Positions 47,074 to 55,514 of a stretch of DNA of 64,000 nucleotides are shown one piece after another; position 1 is the stretch's first letter, and the number at the start of each line of letters is the position of its first letter. The notes under the pieces are model-generated. The model ran no database searches, had not been told where the DNA came from, and saw nothing but the letters and a program-made list of their open reading frames with translations. The stretch comes from a virus (lineage: Duplodnaviria; Caudoviricetes), in the IMG/VR virus record IMGVR_UViG_3300031836_000002, positions 32,001 to 96,000 of that record; one strand, given 5' to 3'. A program made the position numbers and the translations under genes.

Positions 47074-47193
47074 TACTGAAGACGGGATTCGAACCCGCAT
47101 GCTACGTGTCGCGTTCACGTGCTTGCCTCTACACCTTGACCTCCGCCTCTAAAAGGCGTAGCCACACACTGCCAGCTTTTAAGTCACTCCAGT
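47074..47193 (-). ncRNA. tRNA-like RNA with expanded D region
   Basis: ACTGGAG/CTTCAGT acceptor, ACGTG-7nt-CACGT arm, GCGGG-TTCGAAT-CCCGT. Confidence 0.6.
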
Positions 47194-47282
47194 GGGGTGT
47201 TCTTCAGTTCCGGCCCATGTTTCAGCTTGCGCCCTTCCAGATCAACGGGGGACAGCTTCGGCAATGAGCTAATGCCTATGCG

Positions 47283-47356
47283 CGGGATGTGGTGGATTCG
47301 AACCACCGGCTTCGGTTTTGGAGACCAACGTGTTAGGCCACTAACACTAACTTCCC
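47283..47356 (-). tRNA. tRNA-Trp(CCA)
   Basis: loop CTCCAAA. Confidence 0.9.
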
Positions 47357-47535
47357 TTGGCGGCAGGACTCTCATTGAAGAGCTTCTCCTCTAGACTTCT
47401 TGCTCCATTTCCTAGGTTGGGAGCTGCCCATTTTCGAGGTTGGGGCTTCCGGGTGGATCCACATCTGGTCTAAGTTCTCGGTTCCGCGGAGGTCCGAAAT
47501 TCTTCTACTGATCGTGGCCCGGTCAACACCTGCCG

Positions 47536-47610
47536 TAGCCCTCCTCGGATTCGAACCGAGACGTTACTGGTTTTTGAGACCAGCTCCTCTACCGATTGGG
47601 ATAGAGAGCC
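47536..47610 (-). tRNA. tRNA-Leu(CAA), short variable loop
   Basis: CTGGT-CTCAAAA-ACCAG. Confidence 0.85.
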
Positions 47611-48266
47611 AAGCGGAACCTGCCACTTCTGGGGGGAGAGCTTTAGGTTCCTAGCTGCTTCTCCGAGACTGAGGAGACTGTACGAGAAGCAGTTATCTAT
47701 ATTACGATGATGAACCATCGTTTGAAAAGGGTGTGGCAGAAACTTCTTCAAGTCCCGCCTCTTTGATGAACAGATCCAAAGTGCCCATGACTCCAGAGGT
47801 GGCCTGAGCATCCTTACCTGCCTGCCTTAGGCGCTTCGCAATGATGGGTAGGGCAAACGTCACGGCCTCTTCAGCCTGAGCTGCCCACACCTCCCTGAGG
47901 AGTTCAAGGTCGATATGAAATTCTATCTTTGAGGCATTATCCTCTGAGAACCTCACAGCAATTTCTTGCGCTAATGTCATTGGTTCCTTCTCTCGATCAC
48001 GGCAGACCAGATCCAGAAACCAGAACCAGCTGCCATGAGGATAAACACGATGGGATACGCTGCGGACTCGATGAAGCAGGAAGCTAGCAAGTACAGAGCG
48101 CCTGCCCAAATCAGCAACCGGTGCTCCCGCCTCACTGTACTTCCTCCACATCCGCGAACAACGAGTGGACCTGAACAGTCAGTGCGGTTCCGTTTGCCGT
48201 GTGTCCTACTACTCGGGTTACGGTAGGCAAGCTGTTTACAAACCGATTGAAATCTCTGTTGTCCAT

Positions 48267-48322
48267 GGGGACCTCCTCTGTTGACCTATCTTCAGTCTAA
48301 GGCATGTGGATTGCAATTGCAA
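48267..48322 (-). promoter_or_regulatory. repeated promoter-RBS module
   Basis: TTGCAATTGCAA, TAGACT, TAGGTCAA, GAGGAGGT. Confidence 0.75.
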
Positions 48323-49011
48323 GCTTATGGTGACGAAGGTAAGACATACGCAATCCGCGCCCAACCATCCAGCGCGCTCTCCTTCGTTCTTACGTCGATG
48401 TCCACACCACAGGCTCAAGATTCGAGGCACATCTTCAGGATCTGCTCGTTCTCCTCGTGATTGTGGTCACAGGAGTTGTGGTGGAAGACCTTGCCGCAGA
48501 CGAAACACTTGCCGTCTGGATCCCACTTTCCTCCGGCCTTTCGGACTCGGCTGACGATCTGGTCCATGTGGGAGCGTGAAATCTTCTTTCGCATAGCCTC
48601 TACCATCGACTCAAGCCTCCAGCTCGTCAGTTCCGACCGTCTCCGATTCCACTGCATCGAAGGTTTCTACTTCCGTCTCGGTCTCGTAGATGGGGACCAT
48701 GTTATCCTCGGCCAGCTTGATGTTGGCTTCGATGATGGCCTGATTGAAGATGTCTGGGTCGATGGTGATTCCCACCTTGACCATCACTCGGCCTGTCTTG
48801 CCTACCGCTGAGGTGGGTCCACTCTTGGTCATCTTTTCAATGCTGAAGTCGTGCGCCTTCTTGGTATCGCTGCCCCGTGGCTTGCGGATGTCGGTGGGCA
48901 GTAAGTGCAACCACACGTGGTGTGTCTTGGGCGTTTGTGCCATGAAATTCCTTTCCACTGTGTTGTACGCCCCCAGTGGCCAAAGAACAACTCGCTGGGG
49001 GCGTACATCTT

Positions 49012-49752
49012 CTAGTGGGTCTTGTTTTTCGAATTCTTCTTGTTGTGTCGGCTGGCGTGACGCTCATCCTTGCGGGCTTGCCGCATGTATGGCTTGATCA
49101 GCTCGTACTCCCAGTCCTTGAGGTAGTCCCTCCACTCGGATGTGGGGATGTTGTCCAGCTCCATCTCATTCAAGATAGAGAGGGCTTGGGAGGTGCTGCT
49201 CGGCTCGTATGAACCAATGCCATCTTCGAATGAGTCATCATCGAACAGGTCAGCATCTCGGCTTCCGAAGCTAGCTCCCAAGGGACCTGCACTCCAGTGG
49301 TTCGAGTACCCATTGGGATTCGACTTGCTGAATTTTCCGTAGGATCCTCCGGGGGATCCAATCCGACAGACGCTGCCCCAGATAGAGTTGAGCACGTTGT
49401 GGTACAGCGAGGTGTCATCCTTGGTGCCATACATCAGTTGTCCGTCGTCTCCGAGACGCTCGGCCTCAGGCTTGAACTTCTTGTAGTCGATGTCCAAGAT
49501 AACGCCACGGATGCCATCAGCATATGCCTCACGAGTGGTGTAGAAGCGAGCGTTGTAGTCCATCGAAGGAGTCAGCTCGATCTCGTCATGAAATGATCCC
49601 GGCTCCATGTAGTTGTCCATGAAGTATTGAAGATGGGACGCCGCACGGCCTCGAACCTGAAGGTCATATTTACCTTCGGTGAGTTTCTCGTCTGCTTTGT
49701 CCATGGGTACTGCTGCGGGCATTAGTAGCCCGAATGGTGTGAAATCCCACAT
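49012..49752 (-). CDS. hypothetical protein
   Basis: AGGAGG RBS, own promoter module. Confidence 0.75.
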   Translation of the reverse strand: MWDFTPFGLLMPAAVPMDKADEKLTEGKYDLQVRGRAASHLQYFMDNYMEPGSFHDEIELTPSMDYNARFYTTREAYADGIRGVILDIDYKKFKPEAERLGDDGQLMYGTKDDTSLYHNVLNSIWGSVCRIGSPGGSYGKFSKSNPNGYSNHWSAGPLGASFGSRDADLFDDDSFEDGIGSYEPSSTSQALSILNEMELDNIPTSEWRDYLKDWEYELIKPYMRQARKDERHASRHNKKNSKNKTH

Positions 49753-49820
49753 AGTTGCCTCCTGTGTTAGTGCTATTTGACCTGTCTACATCCTAACACA
49801 GGAGGATTGCAATTGCAATC
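49753..49820 (-). promoter_or_regulatory. promoter module with RBS-sequestering inverted repeat
   Basis: TTGCAATTGCAA; CCTCCTGTGTTAG/CTAACACAGGAGG. Confidence 0.7.
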
Positions 49821-49965
49821 TATGCCTAGTACCGTAGCTTCTTCGATAGTTCTTCTGATGATACGAAGGTCAGCTCAATCCGGTCCTGCGTACCTGACCA
49901 TGTGATGAGCTGCCCGCGGAATACTTTCCATGCCAGCCACAGCCGTGTCGAGAAGGTGAGTCGCA

Positions 49966-50589
49966 TTAGATCACCTTCCGGAACCACTCGCGGTAACGCT
50001 GAGCTTCATCAAGGTGAGCCTTCACGTCGTCCATGGCGCGGTGAACCTTCACGCCATCCTCGTAGCTGGCCTTGACTGGTCGGATGATCTCGTGGCCACC
50101 GGTGAAGATCTTCGACATGCGGCGCTCGATGCCGATGTCAAACGGATAGTACGCGAGCCACTTGGACATCTCAGGCATCTTGGCCTTGATGAGTGGGTGG
50201 TCGAATGCGGCCACACCGGATCCCGCGATCATGAACTCTCCGGGAGAGAAGCTGGTGGTCTCTTGAAAAAGCTTCACGATCTCGGCCTCGGCCATAGCGA
50301 GCGTGTTCTCCACAGGAGCCGAAATAGAGGCCTTGAGGAGTCCGTTGACTGTGTGCATCTTCTTCACGTAGTCGTTGGCCCTGATGGCGTCTGCGCCTGC
50401 TGAGGTGAGCTTGATGACTTCCTCGTACCCACTGATGGGCTGAAGGTCGAAGTCAGTGACAATGACCGCGATCTCCAGCACGTGCAAGTCGCTGAAGTCG
50501 ATCACCTCGCGGTCGGAATCCTCGTCTGGGAGTCCAGTGGTCTCGATGTCCGTCCACACAAGGAGCTGGGGGTACTTCTGTCCTGCCAT
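49966..50589 (-). CDS. orn: oligoribonuclease (DEDDh)
   Basis: LVWTDIETTGL, MHTVNGL, FD, HRAMDD. Confidence 0.85.
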   Translation of the reverse strand: MAGQKYPQLLVWTDIETTGLPDEDSDREVIDFSDLHVLEIAVIVTDFDLQPISGYEEVIKLTSAGADAIRANDYVKKMHTVNGLLKASISAPVENTLAMAEAEIVKLFQETTSFSPGEFMIAGSGVAAFDHPLIKAKMPEMSKWLAYYPFDIGIERRMSKIFTGGHEIIRPVKASYEDGVKVHRAMDDVKAHLDEAQRYREWFRKVI

Positions 50590-50647
50590 GATGACCTAAA
50601 TTCTTGTTTGGGTCCCTCCCGCAGAAGATCCACGGGAGGGATAGGAG

Positions 50648-51805
50648 CTAGATGGAAACGATCTCATATGGGTTCTGAGATGCGGGCTGTGCTGAGTTGC
50701 CTTCGCGCCACACCTTGGCCTTGAGGGTGTCGAATACTGCCGATGGGATGTCTCCACCGATACGCATGAGCTTATCTGCTCGGCGTGGGTCCATGCCTTC
50801 GAGGTTGGCGGACCGGGTGATGGCCTGCATGATCGTGTACATGGTGAGAGTGTCTGCATCCATCATCTCGGCGCGGATTGTCTCGCGCTGAGATACTGGT
50901 ACCTCGTACTGGGAATAGATGTCCTTGAGAACGTCAGCGGTATTGCCTCTGACATCGAGAGCGGTCAGTGCCTGCACCTGATCGAAACGGTGCTCCAGAC
51001 CGCCTAGGACGGACTCTACGGAGTCTCGTGCCCAAGCGTAGACATCTTCCTCCTGACCGTCCACACGACGGCTCCAGACGCCAGCCTCATCCATCGTGGT
51101 AGTGCAGCCGTTAGTGCACCACCAGCGGAACAGGTAAGCCTCAACTGCTGTCTGCTTCTTCCCAATGAGGCTGTTGGTGAGGTGGATCCCTGCTGACCAG
51201 AGATCTGTAGCGTTTTCGGGAACGTCTGACATTCCGGAGTTGGCAATGATGCGATCCTGCTCCGGAACGATGAGGCGGATGTCCGTCTGCTGGAGCGTGT
51301 TCATGAACTTGTAGTCAGCAAGAATTTCAGCGTTGGCTCCGTAGCGGGCGCAGATGCCTTCCACTGCATTGTCCAAGAGCTGGAGGTTCGAGAACGGCAC
51401 GACGTTGGGTCGAGTGAAGGCGGCAATGTTTTCTCCAACCGAGAGGACCTTGTACTCGTCACCGTCTAGACCTGCACCATAGTGATAGTTCAGGTGGTTC
51501 TCGATGAGTGCGCCGGGGGTCTTCTTGACGTATGCCGCGGACATCCCCACTTGAGTGGCTGCCTGAATGGCTGCGTCCTTTGTCATCCGGTGATCGGTGC
51601 CGTCGATACGCATGACAGCTCCAACCGCCTCGGTGCCCTCCGTAGTGTCCAGAGAAGTCTCCCATCCCGGATCAAGCTTGAAGGTGATCTTGCGGTCTCC
51701 GTTGACCATATCCGTTGACAGAGGCTCAGTGGCCTGAAGTCGCTGGTGGACCTGATCGAGTGTGAGAAGGGAGTCCCTCATTTGAGCTACTACGGGTGCA
51801 CTCAT
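50648..51805 (-). CDS. DUF932-like phage protein
   Basis: LTNS...R..CTNG pattern. Confidence 0.55.
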   Translation of the reverse strand: MSAPVVAQMRDSLLTLDQVHQRLQATEPLSTDMVNGDRKITFKLDPGWETSLDTTEGTEAVGAVMRIDGTDHRMTKDAAIQAATQVGMSAAYVKKTPGALIENHLNYHYGAGLDGDEYKVLSVGENIAAFTRPNVVPFSNLQLLDNAVEGICARYGANAEILADYKFMNTLQQTDIRLIVPEQDRIIANSGMSDVPENATDLWSAGIHLTNSLIGKKQTAVEAYLFRWWCTNGCTTTMDEAGVWSRRVDGQEEDVYAWARDSVESVLGGLEHRFDQVQALTALDVRGNTADVLKDIYSQYEVPVSQRETIRAEMMDADTLTMYTIMQAITRSANLEGMDPRRADKLMRIGGDIPSAVFDTLKAKVWREGNSAQPASQNPYEIVSI

Positions 51806-51875
51806 TGCATCCTCTTTCTGTCGTTGACTGGGTTCTGTATCTTATACGCCGCTGAGTTTCAAAAAACAAGCGTGC

Positions 51876-53126
51876 CTAGATCTTGACCCGGCCTCCGGCA
51901 GTCTTGGCTCCTACCTGCTCGATGTCGTCATCCTCTTCATCTTCGTCCTCTTCATCGACAGGCTCACCCTGAGGGGCCACCTTCGACAGGATCTCGATGT
52001 TTTCGAAAACGACCTTCTTAGCCAGCTCGATGATCTTCTCTCGCCACACAGGGTCGGCGTCGGCTGCCTTGAATAGGCGCTTCTCGCCATTGACTGCCGG
52101 AGGCTTCGTGCCCTCCTTGAGGTGAGGCATCCACGAAGGAATCAGGTCGAACTCGACAAGATTGTGGAACTTGAAGTAGGGGGATGCGTAGATGATCTTC
52201 TTGTTGGCGATCAGTACCTGCAAGGCGGTCCAGAAGTTGTCGAAACCCTTGCCGTACCGGACTCGGACCACTGCCTGTCGGAATGGGGGTGCCACCTTGT
52301 TCTTGATGACCTTGACCATGACGTTGGTGGACACGTTGCGTTCCACCAGTTCGTTGGACAGAGGATCAATCACAGTGCCTTTCTGGCTCTGCATTTGGTT
52401 GTACTGTACCCGAACACTGGCGAAGTACTTCATGGCGATTCCACCGGGAGTGGTGGTCGGCTTAGGCATGCCGGGGCGTGGGCTGCCTCCCATGTCGAAC
52501 TTGTCAATGAGGTGGTTCAGGAAGATGGCTGAGGCGTTGTTGTTGGCCAGCACGCCATTGAGGGTTACTCCAAACTCCTTCATGAGCTTGGCCTGTACCG
52601 CGGGCAGAGACTTTCCGATGTCAGCTTCCTGCTTGACGCTGGGGTTCATTCCCGCCACCGCGTCGAAGATTACCAATCGGCAACGGCCCGTCTTCAGTAG
52701 GTCGAGGGTGAAGTTGGCTCCATCCTCCAGAGTGTCCGGCTGGGCAAACAAGAAACTGGGGTGATTGACATCGAGACCGAGAGCCTTGGCGTAATCCTTG
52801 TCCATGGCGTGCTCGTAGTCGAGGTAGAGGATCACATCCTTGGCGCTCACACCAAGCTTCTTGTCACCACCGGCAATGATGACCTTCTGAAGATTCACGG
52901 CTGTCTGGATGGCTGTTGTGGTCTTGCCACAGGATGGGGGTCCAAAAAGCTCTACCGAGCGGCCATAGGGGACCCCTCCGCCCATGGCGTAGTCGATGGC
53001 GATGTTCCCTGTCGTCATGAACTGAATGCCCTCTACGACATTGTTCATGGATCCCACCGTGAGGTCATACTTTTTGGCGGCGGATGCGAGAAGGGCTTGG
53101 ACTGGATCTACGGCTGCGCGAGCCAT
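51876..53126 (-). CDS. recA: RecA-like recombinase
   Basis: GPPSCGKTT, DYEHA, TPGG.AMKYFASVR, KNKVAPPFR. Confidence 0.95.
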   Translation of the reverse strand: MARAAVDPVQALLASAAKKYDLTVGSMNNVVEGIQFMTTGNIAIDYAMGGGVPYGRSVELFGPPSCGKTTTAIQTAVNLQKVIIAGGDKKLGVSAKDVILYLDYEHAMDKDYAKALGLDVNHPSFLFAQPDTLEDGANFTLDLLKTGRCRLVIFDAVAGMNPSVKQEADIGKSLPAVQAKLMKEFGVTLNGVLANNNASAIFLNHLIDKFDMGGSPRPGMPKPTTTPGGIAMKYFASVRVQYNQMQSQKGTVIDPLSNELVERNVSTNVMVKVIKNKVAPPFRQAVVRVRYGKGFDNFWTALQVLIANKKIIYASPYFKFHNLVEFDLIPSWMPHLKEGTKPPAVNGEKRLFKAADADPVWREKIIELAKKVVFENIEILSKVAPQGEPVDEEDEDEEDDDIEQVGAKTAGGRVKI

Positions 53127-53134
53127 GGTGTCTC

Positions 53135-53731
53135 CTAGATATGTGCAGGCTGGACGCCTGAAGGCAAAGCTCGAAATTCTTCTTCTGTCATGCTGGTCAC
53201 GAAGTGGTTCATGAGGAACGCACTCACGTAGTCCGTCTTTGACTTCTCAAGAGGATTCGTGTGCTTTTTCAAAATACGGGTGCCCTCCGGCTGAGAGTCA
53301 ATGAACTCTTGAACCAGATCCGGTGGGGTGTAGCCAAAGGATAGTGCGTACTCCGCGGCCTTAGCGATCCGAAACTTGTCGCCCGCTGTCTTGGTATAGC
53401 CCTTAGGCGCACGCTGTACGCCGGGGTAAGGCCGCATCCACGTCGAGGGGTCCAACATCAGGACCTTATCGAGAACGGGGTGGAGAACGGCCAGCAAGAC
53501 TCCTTGGAACTTGAAGACTGGCTTGACCATCACCTGTGTGTATCGAGGGTTGAAAGGAACTTCTTCAATGACCACCAGCTCGACATCGGGATCTCTCGCG
53601 ATTCTTCCCACCTTGGCGGCGAACGCGAAGTGACTCATCCCTCTGGAGTCGAACTGAAGGTGGACCTTACCTGCTCGGTCCCGCAGGATCGCTGCTGAGA
53701 ACTTGGCGGCAAGATCCACCGTCAGAATCAT
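53135..53731 (-). CDS. RuvC-like Holliday junction resolvase
   Basis: LTVDL, VVIEE, PSTW RNase H-fold pattern; context. Confidence 0.55.
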   Translation of the reverse strand: MILTVDLAAKFSAAILRDRAGKVHLQFDSRGMSHFAFAAKVGRIARDPDVELVVIEEVPFNPRYTQVMVKPVFKFQGVLLAVLHPVLDKVLMLDPSTWMRPYPGVQRAPKGYTKTAGDKFRIAKAAEYALSFGYTPPDLVQEFIDSQPEGTRILKKHTNPLEKSKTDYVSAFLMNHFVTSMTEEEFRALPSGVQPAHI

Positions 53732-53734
53732 TTG

Positions 53735-54865
53735 TTAGTCCAGACCGTTCAGGAGGTCATCGAAGCTTCCGTCTGAATCGTCTGAGGCCTCTTCTTTGGC
53801 CGGAGCTTCCTTGGCCGGAGCCTTCTTAGCGGGAGCCTTCTTGGCCGGTGCCTTGGCTGCCTCTGGAACGTCGATGTCTTCTGATTCCTCATCAGTGTCG
53901 CCATCTTCTCCGAGAAGGTCTGCGAGAGGATCTGAATCTTCAGTGTCGCTTGAGCCAGCCTTCGGAGCCGACTTGGACCATCCATCTTCGTCAGTGTTGC
54001 TGTCGCCACCTAGAAGATCTGAGAGGTCGCCGGAGGTCTTCTCGGAGGTCTTGGCTTCTGAGCTTCCATTGAGGATGTCGTCAATGCCTTCATCCAAGGT
54101 TCCTACCGTGCTGTCTCCAGCCTTCTCAGACTCGTTGATGATGTCCCATGCTTCGTTGATCTTGGACAGGTCATCTTCGATCCAGCGGAGTTCCTTCTTG
54201 GCTCCACAGGCAATGGATAGGTCCTCGATCTGGTTCTCCTTGAAGGTCTGAGCCGTGAGGAGCTGGCGGGCCTTGTCAACTGTCCACTCGGCCTTGGCTG
54301 AGATTGAGATCTCGAACTTCTGGAACGTATCGTTGGTGCAGGGACCCAGCGTGAGGTCGTGCTTCTTGAGGTCGCCCCACTCTTCCTTGAAGTCGATGAG
54401 CTTCGAGAAGATGGTGTCGGTGAAGGACCACACGACGGTCTCTACTGAGAATGGTGTGACCAGCTGGTGTCCACCGGGCTTGGTGCGGTAGCGGATGACG
54501 TGCATGGCGAAACGACGCTGAGGGGCCTGAGCCTTATCAGGGTTGTTCTTGGCCATGGCACACATCGGGCAGTTCTTGGTGTCAATGGCTTTGTCTTCGA
54601 GGATCGACTCGTCACCGATGCAGAGAGGACGCGACAAGAAGTCTGTGCGGTAATCCTCGTACTGGGTCTTGTCCTTGCGCTCGGCCATGAACGTGACGGG
54701 CTTGCCGTCCTTGATCTGAGGAGCCTTGAGAGTGTGGACGTATTCCATGTGGGGATCTTCGAGGAGAACGATACGGGCGTGCTCACCGTTGGTCAGTCGC
54801 AACTTCGGGTAGTTGAAGTTGGAGGAGACCTTTTTGTTCTCTACGGAGAAGGATACTCTTGCCAT
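53735..54865 (-). CDS. single-stranded DNA-binding protein (gp32-like)
   Basis: H..C..CPMC Zn motif, long acidic tail, context. Confidence 0.65.
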   Translation of the reverse strand: MARVSFSVENKKVSSNFNYPKLRLTNGEHARIVLLEDPHMEYVHTLKAPQIKDGKPVTFMAERKDKTQYEDYRTDFLSRPLCIGDESILEDKAIDTKNCPMCAMAKNNPDKAQAPQRRFAMHVIRYRTKPGGHQLVTPFSVETVVWSFTDTIFSKLIDFKEEWGDLKKHDLTLGPCTNDTFQKFEISISAKAEWTVDKARQLLTAQTFKENQIEDLSIACGAKKELRWIEDDLSKINEAWDIINESEKAGDSTVGTLDEGIDDILNGSSEAKTSEKTSGDLSDLLGGDSNTDEDGWSKSAPKAGSSDTEDSDPLADLLGEDGDTDEESEDIDVPEAAKAPAKKAPAKKAPAKEAPAKEEASDDSDGSFDDLLNGLD

Positions 54866-54977
54866 GATTTTGTGCTTCTTTCGTTTCTTATTACAGGCTT
54901 CACTGGGAGGCGGGACTCGACTCGCAATTGGTTACGCGGAGTAGCATACGACATCTCCGCGCTTTTGTCTCCTTGAA

Positions 54978-55514
54978 TTATCTCTCCAAGGAACTCTCAA
55001 ATTGGATGTTGTGAATGGCTGCCCGGAGATCCTTTCGGATACTCTCTAGCTGCCAATGGATCTGATTGATTACCTCGTAGGCTTCGGTCGCAATGGAGAC
55101 CGTCCTCTCGGCATGATGAGCTACTCTCTTCTGTTCCAGAGAGTCCAGAGCGGCATCAGCGTGGCGCTCGCGAGCTGTTGAGAACTCCACCCTCCTGTTC
55201 GCCGCGTTGGTCTTTGTGGCGGTGTCGTAGGCCACTGAGGCCTCGAACTCCGCGGCCTGTTGAGCGCGTCGCGTGCGCGCCTTGGCTTGGGTGACGTTGG
55301 CCAGCAACATGTCCACTCGGTCTGAGCGGGAACGTACCCGCACCAGAAGGGCGCTGATGGCGTTTCCTCCTCTGGAGTAGTCGATGTTACCCAGAGGTCC
55401 TTCGGGATCCTCTCCAGCCCCATGACGCAGTTCCAGTGCCTCTCGGACCCAGTTCTGGATTGCTGCCTCGATCCCCGTGAACTCGATGTCGTATTGACCT
55501 AGCTCAGCGATCAT
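54978..55514 (-). CDS. helical protein (possible recombination mediator)
   Basis: coiled-coil ORF between polymerase and SSB. Confidence 0.55.
   Translation of the reverse strand: MIAELGQYDIEFTGIEAAIQNWVREALELRHGAGEDPEGPLGNIDYSRGGNAISALLVRVRSRSDRVDMLLANVTQAKARTRRAQQAAEFEASVAYDTATKTNAANRRVEFSTARERHADAALDSLEQKRVAHHAERTVSIATEAYEVINQIHWQLESIRKDLRAAIHNIQFESSLER

Noticed and set aside
40214-47610. Suppressor tRNAs or stop-codon recoding
   Set aside because: No CTA/TTA/TCA anticodon found, and genes end normally at TAG/TGA/TAA
47611-47705. Third leader-peptide attenuator before tRNA-Leu(CAA)/Trp
   Set aside because: Two hairpins are present, but I found no start codon/uORF and no U-tract terminator
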